From: Planctomycetota bacterium
GTDB lineage: Bacteria > Planctomycetota > UBA1135
Length of the DNA stretch: 64,000 nucleotides
Assembly (NCBI GenBank): GCA_045047305.1
Contig: JASFYO010000082.1
Span: 15,581 to 79,580 of the forward strand
Direction of reading: 5' to 3'
A model generated the notes under the pieces. That model searched no databases. It was not told the origin of the DNA and worked only from the letters and a program-made list of their open reading frames with translations. Numbering within the stretch: position 1 is the first letter of the stretch; each line of letters opens with the position of its first letter. Of this stretch, positions 31,446 through 41,884 are shown piece after piece. A program made the translations under genes and the position numbers.

Positions 31446-31516
31446 TCCCGATGGCTTCGGCCGTCTGGGAGGTGAGCGACGATCGTGGGTTAGGGTTCCG
31501 GTCGTCGCTTTTTTTT
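31446..31516 (+). terminator. Double hairpin ending in an intrinsic terminator
   Basis: TCCCGATGGC-TTCG-GCCGTCTGGGA, then AGCGACGATCG...CGGTCGTCGCT followed by a T-run. Confidence 0.7.
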
Positions 31517-31527
31517 ATGCCGAATCC

Positions 31528-31555
31528 TGCAACCAGGCCACTCTAAGGCCGGTCG
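31528..31555 (+). promoter_or_regulatory. ECF-type promoter TGCAACC-N16-GGTCG
   Basis: TGCAACC-AGGCCACTCTAAGGCC-GGTCG, 10 nt before ATG 31566. Confidence 0.65.
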
Positions 31556-31565
31556 AACGAGCATC

Positions 31566-31946
31566 ATGGATCAAGGAATCATCATCTCACTGGTTGCCAT
31601 CCTCGGCGGTCTGTCCATTCCTGCGCTCTGGCTCTTCTTTGATCATAAGTCGAAGGAACGCAATGCCAGGGTCATGGAAAAAGCCATTGAAGCCGGGCAC
31701 TCACCGGAAGAGGTCATGCGAGTGTGGGATAAAAGCGAAGTTTCCACTTCCCCTCGTGCACAGAAAGTACGCTTCCGTAAAGGCTTAGTGCTCCTCGCAA
31801 TTGGCGGCGCCTTTCTGGTGACGCATAATCTTGGCTATGGCAACGGGGACGACGGCATGGTTATTGTCGGAACGATTCTGCTTTTCCTCGGCATCGCCTT
31901 TTTCTTGAGTGACCTTTTCAACGGCGGGCAGCGAAAGGACAATTAG
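31566..31946 (+). CDS. DUF6249-like small membrane protein associated with the ECF sigma
   Basis: N-terminal TM, ER..MEKAIEAG, FRKGLVLLAIG and two more TMs; divergent from the ECF sigma. Confidence 0.65.
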   Translation: MDQGIIISLVAILGGLSIPALWLFFDHKSKERNARVMEKAIEAGHSPEEVMRVWDKSEVSTSPRAQKVRFRKGLVLLAIGGAFLVTHNLGYGNGDDGMVIVGTILLFLGIAFFLSDLFNGGQRKDN

Positions 31947-32209
31947 ATTTCTTAACGGGTTTTTCTCATTTTCTCGCTAACCCATAGCTTCTACGTTGCG
32001 TATAAAACGCATCGAGCTTGAGGCTTTCCAGCTTCGGGCCTGCTCTTTCAACATCGCCTGATTGCTCAGGGAATTAGTAAGCGATGGAATCCCTCCGTTA
32101 AGGGTGAGTTACAGAGTTCGTTGGTTAGGGTCTTCGAACTTTAGTAGGAACATTCCCCTGGCTTGGGTAGTGGCGATTGCGTTTAGGGGCGCGATCGTCA
32201 CTTTTTCAT

Positions 32210-34393
32210 TTAGAACAATTTCTTATTCTCTTGCGCCATCGAACGGAGCCAGGCACAAGGTGCGAATTTAGCTCCACCACCGGGGCGACCCATGATGTCG
32301 GGGCAAGCCGCAATAGCTTCAAGGCGTTGCACGATGGAACTCCAGCCTTCCGCTTCGGCGTAATGCAGAAGCCCACCCCTGAATGGCGCGAAGCCCATGC
32401 CGAATACCGTAGCCAGGTCGAGGTCCTTTGCGGTCGCAGTAACTTCTTCCTCCATGCAGCGCGCAGCTTCATTGACCATGCTCAGAATGAGACGGTCGAC
32501 GATGGATTCGTCGCTCAGGGACCGTGCAGAATCTTCCTGTTGGTAGGAAGCGAGGTCGGAGGAGAGTTCGGGCTTATTTTTACGGCCCTTCGGATGACGA
32601 TAAAAGCCCCACCCAGTTTTGGCACCGAGGCGCTTGTCGGTCATGAGAGCTTGAATGCCGGCACTTGGCAGCATGCGTTCTCCATAGGCTTCGCTGAGAG
32701 ATTGCGCCGCGTGGGTGGCGATATCGAGCCCCACCTCATCGAGTAAGCGGAGCGGGCCCATCGGCATGCCAAAGTCGAGCATGAGTCGGTCGAGTCGGTC
32801 GGCATCGGCTCCAGCAAGGAACAGACGGATGGCTTCATCAAGGTAGGGGCCAAGCAGGCGATTGACCAAGAAACCGGCGACATCTTTCACTACGACTGGA
32901 GTCTTGCCCATGCGTGTAGCAAGCGCAGCGATTTCTATCGCAGTCTCTTCACTCGTGAGTTCGCCCTTGACCACCTCGACTAAAGGCATCTTGCGCACCG
33001 GATTAAAGAAGTGCATGCCGACGACCCGTTCTGGGTTCGGAATGTCCTTCGCCATTTCGGTGACGGAGAGGGAGCTGGTGTTAGTCGCGAGTAAGCAGTT
33101 CGATGGCACGATTTTGGCAAGCTCTGCGAAGACGGCTTTTTTTACCGCCATTTTTTCTGCTACCGCTTCCAGCACGATGTCCGCTTGCCCCAGACCATCC
33201 ATTTGCTCGGATGCCGTCAGTCGATCAATCGCAGCATCGGCCAGATGCGGCTTCATCCGCCGGCGCTGTTTCTTTTTGCCGATGTAGGCCGCATGATCGA
33301 GTAGCGCGACATCGAGCGCATCTCGCGAGAGATCGATGAGGCGCATATCCAGGCCTTTCTCCGCCATCGATCCCGCAATCGCACCACCCATGGTGCCACC
33401 GCCAATCACGCCACCGCGCTTCATCTTGCGGGGACGAAATTCCTTGGTGCCGCGCGCATATTTTTTCGCCGCCTCCGATGCAAAGAAGATGCCGACAAGG
33501 CTTTTGCATACGGGGCCAACGGAAAGATCGGCGACTGCTTTGGCCTCGCGCTCTACCATTTGTTCTTGGTTGGCGCTAAAGGATTCCAGGACCAGGTTCA
33601 TCGCAACCAATGGTGCCGGGTAGAAGCCATGAGTTTTAGACTCCACCTGCTTGCGTACCTTGCTGCCGATGATTCCGGTTGCGATTGGATTTCTGTCGAC
33701 CATCCACCGCGCCATGCCCCGCTTGCGTGTTTTCACCGGCAAACGACCCATCGCGATTTCGATGGCTTTTTCGCGCAACTGCCCAGGATAGGTTAGGCGG
33801 TCAACCATGCCGCGCTTCCATGCGGTGCGGGCTGGGAAAAGCCGTCCACTAAGGATTGCATCAAGAGCGCCGGGGGTGCCGATGCGTCTGGGCAAGCGGT
33901 GCGAACCACCCCAGCCAGGAATGATGCCCAACTGCGTTTCGGGGAGGCCTATTCGCGTTTTGGGGTCGTCGGCTGCGATGATGTAATCACAGGACAGAGA
34001 AAGTTCATACGCGCCGCCAGGGCATGCCCCGCCAACCGCAGCAACCGTGGTTGCTTTTAAGCCTTCAATGCGATGAAAGATGCTGTGTACAAAGCGCACA
34101 ATGTTTAAGGCATCTTCACGCTCAGTGATTTTAGAGATCCCGGTGACGTCGGCCCCTGCTGCGAACTGCAGAGGCTCGCGACCGGCGAACACAATGCCGC
34201 GCAAATCACGCTCTTGCTGTAGCTCCTGCACCACGTTGTCTAGGTCGGTGAGTAGGGGAGCATCGAGCACGGCAAGGCTGCGGTGCGGTGGATCGAGAAT
34301 CACCACGGCAAGGCCGGGCTCCGGACGTTCGACGCGAATGCATGCGCCGGGTTCTGGACAGTTCTCGGGAATGGGGAAGCCTTTCATTTCCAT
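32210..34393 (-). CDS. fadJ: Fatty-acid oxidation complex alpha subunit (enoyl-CoA hydratase / 3-hydroxyacyl-CoA dehydrogenase, FadJ/FadB-like)
   Basis: FAAGADV, GLPETQLGIIPGWGG, GGGTMGG, ATNTSSL and GMHFFNPV motifs. Confidence 0.9.
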   Translation of the reverse strand: MEMKGFPIPENCPEPGACIRVERPEPGLAVVILDPPHRSLAVLDAPLLTDLDNVVQELQQERDLRGIVFAGREPLQFAAGADVTGISKITEREDALNIVRFVHSIFHRIEGLKATTVAAVGGACPGGAYELSLSCDYIIAADDPKTRIGLPETQLGIIPGWGGSHRLPRRIGTPGALDAILSGRLFPARTAWKRGMVDRLTYPGQLREKAIEIAMGRLPVKTRKRGMARWMVDRNPIATGIIGSKVRKQVESKTHGFYPAPLVAMNLVLESFSANQEQMVEREAKAVADLSVGPVCKSLVGIFFASEAAKKYARGTKEFRPRKMKRGGVIGGGTMGGAIAGSMAEKGLDMRLIDLSRDALDVALLDHAAYIGKKKQRRRMKPHLADAAIDRLTASEQMDGLGQADIVLEAVAEKMAVKKAVFAELAKIVPSNCLLATNTSSLSVTEMAKDIPNPERVVGMHFFNPVRKMPLVEVVKGELTSEETAIEIAALATRMGKTPVVVKDVAGFLVNRLLGPYLDEAIRLFLAGADADRLDRLMLDFGMPMGPLRLLDEVGLDIATHAAQSLSEAYGERMLPSAGIQALMTDKRLGAKTGWGFYRHPKGRKNKPELSSDLASYQQEDSARSLSDESIVDRLILSMVNEAARCMEEEVTATAKDLDLATVFGMGFAPFRGGLLHYAEAEGWSSIVQRLEAIAACPDIMGRPGGGAKFAPCAWLRSMAQENKKLF

Positions 34394-34400
34394 GGTTCGA

Positions 34401-35723
34401 TTAGGCGAGGCGTTCGAGGATTACAGCACCACCTTGTCCACCACCAATGCATAGCGTGGCGAGACCAAGTTCCTTATCGGAGGCTTGAAGTTCGTGGGCG
34501 AGGGTCAGCAGCAAGCGCGTACCAGTCATGCCAACCGGGTGACCAAGGGCGATAGCACCGCCGTTGATGTTGAGGATTGCGGGGTCGACTTCGCCGAGCG
34601 CCTTATCGCGGTTAAGGTGCTCTTTTGCATAAGCATCGGAGGCGAAAGCTTTGTTGCAACCGAGCACTTGTGCGGCGAAGGCCTCATTGATTTCGAGGAC
34701 TCCCATATCGGAAAGGTTGGCGCCGGCGGCGTCGAGGGCGAGAGCGGTGGAGAACACCGGGCCCATGCCCATACGTTTTGGATCGAGACCAGCCCAGGCG
34801 AAACTCCGAATTGCAGCCATCGGTTTGAGGCCGAGTTCGGCAGCACGTTTTTCGGTAGTGAGGATAAGGCCGGCGGCGGCGTCGGTGATGCCACAAGCGT
34901 TGCCGACGGTCACGATGCCATCGGGCTTCTCAAAGTAAGGTTTGAGTTTGGCGAGGCCTTTCATATCGAGGTCGTCGCGAATGCCATCGTCGGTGCGGAC
35001 CGAGGAAGAGCCTTTGCGTGCACCGAGTGGCATCACTGGAAGGATTTCACGATCAAAGCGTCCGCGTTCGCGGGCATCGCGGGCACGCCGGTGGGATTGC
35101 AGGGCGTAGGTATCGCATTGTTCACGGCTGAGGCCGAAATCACGCGCGATGAGCTCTGCGGTTTTGCCCATGATCATGCCGGTGGTGGGGTCAGTGAGGC
35201 CTTCCATGAGCGCAATCCGCGGCTTTAGGAAGGAAGGGCGGAAACGGGCCATGGTCTTGATGCGTTTGCCGGCAGAACGCGCTTTCATCAAGTCGGCAAA
35301 AAGGTTTGTCATCTTTTCGCCGAAGATTAGGGGATAGGAACTCATTACCTCAACCCCGAGGCAGAGATAAGTATCTCCCACTCCAGCCAGAATGTTGGTG
35401 GCCGCCGAGGTCACCGCCTCGATTCCGCTGGCGCAGTTGCGGGCAACCGTGTGCGCCGGGACCTGTTGTGGTACGCCGGCGCGAAGAGCAATCACGCGGG
35501 AAACGTTGGCCTGGTCAAAGGGCGGACCGATGCAGCCAGTAATTACCTCATCGAGCTCAGCAGGGTCCAGGTTGGCTCGAATCAGCATTTCGCGCGCGAT
35601 GAGAGCACCCAGGTGCCCAGCATCTTCACGCTGGAAAGTACCCCCGGCTTTAGCCATGGGTGTGCGCAAGCCCGCGGCCAGAACCAGGCGCGGTTTTCCA
35701 TCGGAGGCAGAGTAGGAAAGCAT
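34401..35723 (-). CDS. fadI: 3-ketoacyl-CoA thiolase (FadI/FadA-like)
   Basis: RNCASG, EINEAFAAQ, NGGAIALGHPVGMTG and LCIGGGQG motifs; start at ATG 35723. Confidence 0.9.
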   Translation of the reverse strand: MLSYSASDGKPRLVLAAGLRTPMAKAGGTFQREDAGHLGALIAREMLIRANLDPAELDEVITGCIGPPFDQANVSRVIALRAGVPQQVPAHTVARNCASGIEAVTSAATNILAGVGDTYLCLGVEVMSSYPLIFGEKMTNLFADLMKARSAGKRIKTMARFRPSFLKPRIALMEGLTDPTTGMIMGKTAELIARDFGLSREQCDTYALQSHRRARDARERGRFDREILPVMPLGARKGSSSVRTDDGIRDDLDMKGLAKLKPYFEKPDGIVTVGNACGITDAAAGLILTTEKRAAELGLKPMAAIRSFAWAGLDPKRMGMGPVFSTALALDAAGANLSDMGVLEINEAFAAQVLGCNKAFASDAYAKEHLNRDKALGEVDPAILNINGGAIALGHPVGMTGTRLLLTLAHELQASDKELGLATLCIGGGQGGAVILERLA

Positions 35724-35738
35724 CTTCTTGTATTTTCG

Positions 35739-35766
35739 GTTAACGATGTTAACTTTACACTGTAAA
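35739..35766. promoter_or_regulatory. Tandem palindromic TetR-type operators in the divergent fad promoter
   Basis: GTTAAC-GAT-GTTAAC (35739-35753) and TTTACA-C-TGTAAA (35754-35766). Confidence 0.7.
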
Positions 35767-35792
35767 CCTTGGAGAATCCACAACGAAATCCA

Positions 35793-36380
35793 ATGGCTCG
35801 AAACGGCGACCTCCGACAACAAATCCTAGAACAAGCCCGCAGTTTGCTGCTTGCTGAGGGTTATGCGCAGGTTTCGATGCGCAAGATTGCAAATGCTGTA
35901 GGTTGTACGCCTACAAGCATTTACCTCTATTTCGATAGCAAGGATTCACTTTTTCACTCGTTGATTGAAGAGGGCATGACCCGGCTGCACGAGCAGCTTG
36001 AGACGGTGGTTTCGCTGTTCTCCGACCCCGAAGACCAATTTCGTCGTCTATGCCGCGGATATTTGGAGTTTGGGCTCGAAAACCCCGAGTTTTACGAGAT
36101 TATGTTCTTGCTCCACCCCGAACAGATGATGCGTTATCCCACCGAGAAGTACCGTAAGGCGCGCCGCAATCTGCAGATTTTTGCCGACGCGATTGCTGGC
36201 ACGCGCCGTGACGACCCTGAGTTCGATCCCATTCTTAGTGCCACGGTAGTTTGGAGTTTGCTCCACGGCGCCATTTCCTTGCATCTTGCAAAACGAGTCG
36301 ACATCAGTCTTTCGACTCCAGCATTCATCGAGCAGGTCGTGAACCACTCGGTGCAAATGCTTCAGCCTTACCGATCATGA
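35793..36380 (+). CDS. TetR/AcrR family regulator
   Basis: ILEQARSLL..GYAQVSMRKIANAVGCTPTSIYLYFDSKDSL HTH. Confidence 0.92.
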   Translation: MARNGDLRQQILEQARSLLLAEGYAQVSMRKIANAVGCTPTSIYLYFDSKDSLFHSLIEEGMTRLHEQLETVVSLFSDPEDQFRRLCRGYLEFGLENPEFYEIMFLLHPEQMMRYPTEKYRKARRNLQIFADAIAGTRRDDPEFDPILSATVVWSLLHGAISLHLAKRVDISLSTPAFIEQVVNHSVQMLQPYRS

Positions 36381-38794
36381 TTTCTCTTCTACTCCTGTTT
36401 GTTGGCTTTATTGCACTTGGTTTCTTTGCCGTGCCGCTGCTCGGTTGGACGCTTTGGTGTGCCATATTCTTGTTTTGGTGGGGAGCGCCCACCTGGCTGC
36501 TTATCACGCTTGCCGTGCCTGCCGTCATTTTCAACGTGCATGCCTTGCGTGTGCGCTTGGTGAGTACTCCCGTCATGCGCTGGCTGAAGAAAGCCGGCAT
36601 GCTTCCGGTGATTTCCAAAACCGAACGCGAAGCATTGGATGCCGGAACCGTTTGGTTTGAAGGTGAACTGTTTAGCGGCAAGCCTGATTTCGCTCGTTTG
36701 CTCAATGAAAGCTATCCTGAACTCAGCGATGAAGAGCAAGCCTTCTTAGATGGTCCGTGCGAAGAAGTTTGTCGCCTTACCGATGACTGGTTAGTTTTCC
36801 AGAAGCGCGATTTGCCTCCGCAGGCTTGGAGTTACCTGCGTGAGAATGGTTTCTTTGGCATGATTATTCCAAAGAAGTATGGTGGCCTGGAGTTTTCCGC
36901 CACCGCAGTGAGTGCGGTGATTAAGAAGCTGAGTTCACGTTCGATTCCGCTTGGCATTACTGCCATGTTGCCAAACTCCCTGGGGCCGGCGGAGTTGTTG
37001 TTGCACTATGGAACGGAAGAGCAAAAGGATCGCTTGTTACCGCGCCTGGCTGCTGGCAAGGAAGTCCCATGTTTTGCATTGACTGAACCTCACGCAGGTT
37101 CCGATGCCGGTGGTATCCGTGCACGCGGTGAAGTCTTCCAAGATGAACAAGGGGAGATCCAAATTCGTTTGGATTTGGAGAAGCGTTACATCACTTTGGC
37201 CTCACGCTCTACCCTCTTAGGAGTTGCGTTCAAGTTGTTTGACCCAGAGAACCTGCTCAAGCGCGGGGTGGAACTCGGCATCTGCTGTGCTCTGGTGCCA
37301 TCAGATACTCCTGGGTTGGAGCTTGGGCGGCAGCATGACCCGTTGAATGTACCGTTCTTTAACTGCCCGTTCTCCGGCGAGAATGTAGTGATTGGACTCG
37401 ATGCCTTGGTTGGCGGGCCCGACCGCGTCGGACAGGGATGGCGCATGTTGATGGAGCAGCTCGCAGCCGGTCGCGGCATTATGTTGCCGGCACAGGCAAC
37501 CGCCGGTACGCAGTCGGCAGCACGGATTACGGGCGCCTACACGGTGGTGCGCAAGCAGTTCGGCATGTCGATTGGTAAGTTCGAGGGCATCGAGGAACCG
37601 ATGGCCCGTTTGGGCGGCATGGCCTATACCTTGGAGGCTGCACGTCGCTTTACCTGTGGAGGTTTAGATAGTGGAGCAAAGCCTGCTGTCGCATCTGCAA
37701 TCGCCAAGTACCAGTTCACCGAAACCATGCGTAAGTGCATCAACGATGCGATGGATATATGCGGTGGCGCAGGCATCTCGCGAGGACCACGCAACCTGCT
37801 TGCACATGCTTACTTCGCCGCACCGATTTCCATCACTGTGGAGGGTGCCAACATCCTCACCCGTACCTTGATGATTTTCGGCCAAGGCGCGATTCGGTGC
37901 CATCCATTTGCAGAGAATGAAATTTCGGCTTTGGAGAAAGGAGACGTCAAAGGCTTCGACTACGCTTTCTTTGGCCACATCGGACATGTTGCGCGCAACT
38001 TTTCACGCTCCATCGTTTTGTCACTCACCCGTGGCCATGCCGAGGCCGTCCATGTGGAGGGCGTCATGCGGCGTGACTTCCAGAAAGTCTCCTGGGCTTC
38101 CGCACGGTTTGCGATTCTGGCCGACGTAGCGATGGGTAGCCTTGGCGGTGACCTAAAACGCAAGGAAGCCCTCACCGGGCGCTTCAGCGATGTCTTCTCC
38201 TGGATGTACTTAGCCTCTGCCATCATGCGGCGCTATCAAGAAGAAGGCCGTTCGCGCGAAGATCACGTCCTTTACCGTTGGTCGATGGATTACGCTTTTG
38301 GTGAAATCCAGAAAGCCTTTGATGGCCTCTACCGCAACTTCGATGTCCCCAGTCTCGGTTGGGTTTTCCGCGGTCCACTGGCCTTCTGGTCACGCATGAA
38401 TCCCATCGGCACCGGCCCTCGCGATGCCGACGGTCAGCGCATTGCACGCATCATGCAAACTCCTGGAGAGTTGCGCGATCGCCTCACCAGCGGCCTTTAT
38501 CTGCCGAAGGACCCAGAGGAAGCCATGGGACGCCTGGAGCAAGCGTTTTTAGCTTGCGTTGCTGCCGAGGAGGTCTTGGCTAAGATCAAGCAAGCGATTC
38601 GTTCTAAGAAGTTGCCACGCCAAAAGCCGATGACGCTTTTGCAAGAAGCACTTGCTGCAGGGGTCATTAGTAGTGAAGAAATCGAGGTTGTCAACCGCGC
38701 CGAAGAATTACGCGATGACGCCATTCAAGTCGATTCCTTCAGCGACGAAGAGTATCGTGCAACCGCTCTCGATGGGGGTTGGGAAATGGGATGA
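36377..38794 (+). CDS. fadE: Acyl-CoA dehydrogenase FadE
   Basis: ISKTEREALDAGTVWFEGELFSGKPD, PNSLGPAELL, CFALTEPHAGSDA and ITVEGANILTR motifs; ATGA overlap with tetR. Confidence 0.93.
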   Translation: MISLLLLFVGFIALGFFAVPLLGWTLWCAIFLFWWGAPTWLLITLAVPAVIFNVHALRVRLVSTPVMRWLKKAGMLPVISKTEREALDAGTVWFEGELFSGKPDFARLLNESYPELSDEEQAFLDGPCEEVCRLTDDWLVFQKRDLPPQAWSYLRENGFFGMIIPKKYGGLEFSATAVSAVIKKLSSRSIPLGITAMLPNSLGPAELLLHYGTEEQKDRLLPRLAAGKEVPCFALTEPHAGSDAGGIRARGEVFQDEQGEIQIRLDLEKRYITLASRSTLLGVAFKLFDPENLLKRGVELGICCALVPSDTPGLELGRQHDPLNVPFFNCPFSGENVVIGLDALVGGPDRVGQGWRMLMEQLAAGRGIMLPAQATAGTQSAARITGAYTVVRKQFGMSIGKFEGIEEPMARLGGMAYTLEAARRFTCGGLDSGAKPAVASAIAKYQFTETMRKCINDAMDICGGAGISRGPRNLLAHAYFAAPISITVEGANILTRTLMIFGQGAIRCHPFAENEISALEKGDVKGFDYAFFGHIGHVARNFSRSIVLSLTRGHAEAVHVEGVMRRDFQKVSWASARFAILADVAMGSLGGDLKRKEALTGRFSDVFSWMYLASAIMRRYQEEGRSREDHVLYRWSMDYAFGEIQKAFDGLYRNFDVPSLGWVFRGPLAFWSRMNPIGTGPRDADGQRIARIMQTPGELRDRLTSGLYLPKDPEEAMGRLEQAFLACVAAEEVLAKIKQAIRSKKLPRQKPMTLLQEALAAGVISSEEIEVVNRAEELRDDAIQVDSFSDEEYRATALDGGWEMG

Positions 38795-39855
38795 TGCCCG
38801 TTGCCCAGCACATGGAAACCCGCAGTTACGCACCCTTTTACCCGCACCCTTTATTGCGCGATCGTCATGTGATGACGATCGCGGGGTCGAAGCTACCGCG
38901 CCCTTTGGGCCCCTTTCTCGAACTAGGCAAAGATTTCTGGTTGGAAGTGGACGACGAAACTTCGGTGCGCATCGAAACGCATTGGCAACTGGACCGATCT
39001 GCGCCGGTGATGATATTGGTACATGGCTTATCAGGGTCGTCGCGCTCACCTTATATGAGTGGAACCGCACAAAAGGCATTCCTTGCCGGCTGGTCGGTGC
39101 TGCGCTTGAATATCCGCAACTGCGGAGAAACGGCCGACCGCACTCCGACCCTTTACAACGCGGCCCTGACGGAAGATTTGCAAGCAACCGTGGATTGGGT
39201 CATCAAAACCCACCCACTTTGTCCGCTTGCGATTGCAGGTTTTTCCTTAGGCGGATCGATTGCGATACACACCATCGCGAAGTGGGGGGAGCATCCTCCG
39301 GAAAACGTGCTTGGTCTGTGCACGGTTTCCACTCCGCTGAACCTGGTCAGTACTTCGCGGCAACTACATACCGGATTTATGAACCGTTTCTACATGAAGC
39401 TCTTTTTAGATGGATTCGTGAAGTCCATGCGCCGGAAATCGGAGCAATATCCCGAGCTTTATCCGCACGATGCATCGACTGGTTATAAGGATTTCTACAC
39501 CTTTGATGACCAGTGGACCGCGCCAGCATTTGGCTTTGATGGTGCCGACGACTATTACAACAAGGCAAGCGCCTATCGCGTGTTGGATCAAATCCATGTG
39601 CCAGGCCTGATCATTCATTCCGAAGATGACCCGTTGGTTCCTTACAATGATTTATCCTTGCAAGCGGTAGAGCGGAATCCGCGTCTACGCTTATTGATGA
39701 CCAAATATGGTGGCCATAATGGATTCTTTGGCGCCGAAGCGTCGGAGTCAGATGATTGGAAGGACAGCGATCGCTGGTGGTCGGAAAACCGAGTGGTGGA
39801 ATACTTCACCGGCTTATTAGAGGCGCGCGGCGTAGTTTTACCGCGCGCCTCCTAG
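38791..39855 (+). CDS. YheT-like alpha/beta hydrolase
   Basis: HGLSGSS, RNCG, GFSLGG, DDP and GGHNGF motifs. Confidence 0.88.
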   Translation: MMPVAQHMETRSYAPFYPHPLLRDRHVMTIAGSKLPRPLGPFLELGKDFWLEVDDETSVRIETHWQLDRSAPVMILVHGLSGSSRSPYMSGTAQKAFLAGWSVLRLNIRNCGETADRTPTLYNAALTEDLQATVDWVIKTHPLCPLAIAGFSLGGSIAIHTIAKWGEHPPENVLGLCTVSTPLNLVSTSRQLHTGFMNRFYMKLFLDGFVKSMRRKSEQYPELYPHDASTGYKDFYTFDDQWTAPAFGFDGADDYYNKASAYRVLDQIHVPGLIIHSEDDPLVPYNDLSLQAVERNPRLRLLMTKYGGHNGFFGAEASESDDWKDSDRWWSENRVVEYFTGLLEARGVVLPRAS

Positions 39856-39862
39856 CTTTGAA

Positions 39863-41884
39863 TTACCAGATCTCGGCGCGATCCGATGCTGCTCGCACCA
39901 TCGGCGCAGAGGCGTCTAGGTGGAATGCTTCGGCAAAGGCCGGGAAGTTTCCCAGCGGCCCATTTGCGCGGAAGTGACCAGGCGCGTGCGGGTCGGTGTT
40001 GATCTGCAACTTCATTGCCGCAGGTCGCGTGTTCCCACGCCATGAGCGCACATAAGCGGTGAAGAAATCCTGGTCGGAATTCCCTTTCACCGAGTTCAGG
40101 CTTTCACGCGTTTTGAATGCCAAGTAGGCCATTTGCACACCGCCCAGGTCGGCAATGTTTTCTCCCAAGGTGAGCGAGCCATTGACATGTAAATCATCGA
40201 CCGCAACGTAGGCATCGAATTGCTTCACTAGGATTGCAGTGCGGCGGTCGAATTCTTCGCGGTCAGCCGCGGTCCACCAGTTAGAGAGGTTGCCGTCGGC
40301 ATCGAATTGGCTTCCCATGTCATCGAAACCGTGGGTGATTTCATGGCCGATGATGGCACCCATGGAGCCATAGTTCTCAGCTAGGGACTGGTCGAGACTA
40401 AAGAATGGGGGTTGCAGAATGGCTGCAGGGAAAACGATTTCGTTCGCCAGAGGATTGTAGTAAGCATTGACCGTTTGCGGCGACATGCCCCATTCCGCTT
40501 TATCGACAGGCTTGCCAATCTTGGCCAGTTCGAAGCGATTATTGAAATTGCTAGCGGCGAACATGTTTCCGATCCAAGAACCCTGGTTCATCTCTAGAGA
40601 GGTGTAATCACGCCACACATCGGGATAGCCAATTTTCACCGTAAAGGAATCTAGCTTTTCCACAGCACGTGCTTTGGTTTCCTCGGTCATCCACTCCAAG
40701 CTTCCTAAACGGACGCGGAAAGCGGCGAGCAAATCGTTGACCATGGTAAGTGCCGCACTTTTTGCCTCGGGACTAAAGGCAACCTTGACGAAAGCTTGAC
40801 CGAGAGCATCGCCCATGGCTCCGTTCGCGGAACCGAGGACACGCTCCCAACGAGTTTGGTTTTGCTCCGTACCCGACAACTTGCGGCTGTAGAAGTCAAA
40901 ATCTTCTTCAACTAGAGCTTGGTTGAGGAAAGGAGCACTCCGTGTGATGAGGTGCCAGCGCAGGTATTCGCGCCAAGTCGCTAGGTCTACTTCGACTAAA
41001 AGGGAATTGAGGCGGCTGAAAAAGTCTGGGCCAATTAAGTTCACCATAGGTTGTTGCTCCAGCCCCATAGATGCCGAATACGTACTCCAATCAAAGTTTG
41101 GAGTAATCTCGGTACCAAGGGTCATCGAAGAAATCTTGTTGGAGAGTACCTGCGGATCGCGGTAATCCAATGCGGCAAGACTCTTTTCGGCCAGCTTCAA
41201 CTCCAGCGTGAAGACACGCTCCGCGGCAGCTTTTGCATCTTCTTCAGTCGCGCCTGCAAGCTGCAGCATATTCCCGATATGCGCGACGTATTGCATCCGC
41301 AAGGCCACCGAATCATCATCTTCACGGAAGTAATAATCCTTTTCCGGCAGACCAAGCCCTCCCGGAGACAGGAAGGTGATGGTTTGAGAGCTGTTCTCGA
41401 AATCAGCATCCGCGCCGAGGCCAAACAGGACGTCGACATTGATGAGGTGTAACTCAGCCACGACTTGTGCAAGCGTCTGCGCATCTTCAATGGAGTCAAT
41501 GCGATTCAAGTACCAGCGAATGCTATCCAAGCCGGCCTTTTCAATCGCCTCGGTATCCATGCCACTATTCCACAGCTTGCCCAGTTGGGAAGTGATGTGG
41601 TCCGACGAGTTGGAGGCCGCGCCGGCATCGATCATGATTTGATGCAGCAAAGCCTTATTGCTTTCATTGATTTCATGCGCAACACTCCAGGAACTTTTCG
41701 CTGCTGGGATTGGGTTTGCCGTTTTCCAAGCTTGATTGGTGTAAAGGTAGAAATCTTCACCTGGCTGGAGCTCACTATCATTGGGCGCAGGATGGGTATT
41801 GCTTGGTATTGGGTCTGGGGCCGCCGCGCATGCAATAAGGCCAGTAAAAGCTAAAGGAATGCAGAGTTTCGTGAAGCGATTCAT
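39863..41884 (-). CDS. M13 family zinc metallopeptidase (PepO/neprilysin-like), lipoprotein
   Basis: VNAYYNP, GHEITHGFD and GENIADLGG motifs; lipobox LIAC. Confidence 0.95.
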   Translation of the reverse strand: MNRFTKLCIPLAFTGLIACAAAPDPIPSNTHPAPNDSELQPGEDFYLYTNQAWKTANPIPAAKSSWSVAHEINESNKALLHQIMIDAGAASNSSDHITSQLGKLWNSGMDTEAIEKAGLDSIRWYLNRIDSIEDAQTLAQVVAELHLINVDVLFGLGADADFENSSQTITFLSPGGLGLPEKDYYFREDDDSVALRMQYVAHIGNMLQLAGATEEDAKAAAERVFTLELKLAEKSLAALDYRDPQVLSNKISSMTLGTEITPNFDWSTYSASMGLEQQPMVNLIGPDFFSRLNSLLVEVDLATWREYLRWHLITRSAPFLNQALVEEDFDFYSRKLSGTEQNQTRWERVLGSANGAMGDALGQAFVKVAFSPEAKSAALTMVNDLLAAFRVRLGSLEWMTEETKARAVEKLDSFTVKIGYPDVWRDYTSLEMNQGSWIGNMFAASNFNNRFELAKIGKPVDKAEWGMSPQTVNAYYNPLANEIVFPAAILQPPFFSLDQSLAENYGSMGAIIGHEITHGFDDMGSQFDADGNLSNWWTAADREEFDRRTAILVKQFDAYVAVDDLHVNGSLTLGENIADLGGVQMAYLAFKTRESLNSVKGNSDQDFFTAYVRSWRGNTRPAAMKLQINTDPHAPGHFRANGPLGNFPAFAEAFHLDASAPMVRAASDRAEIW

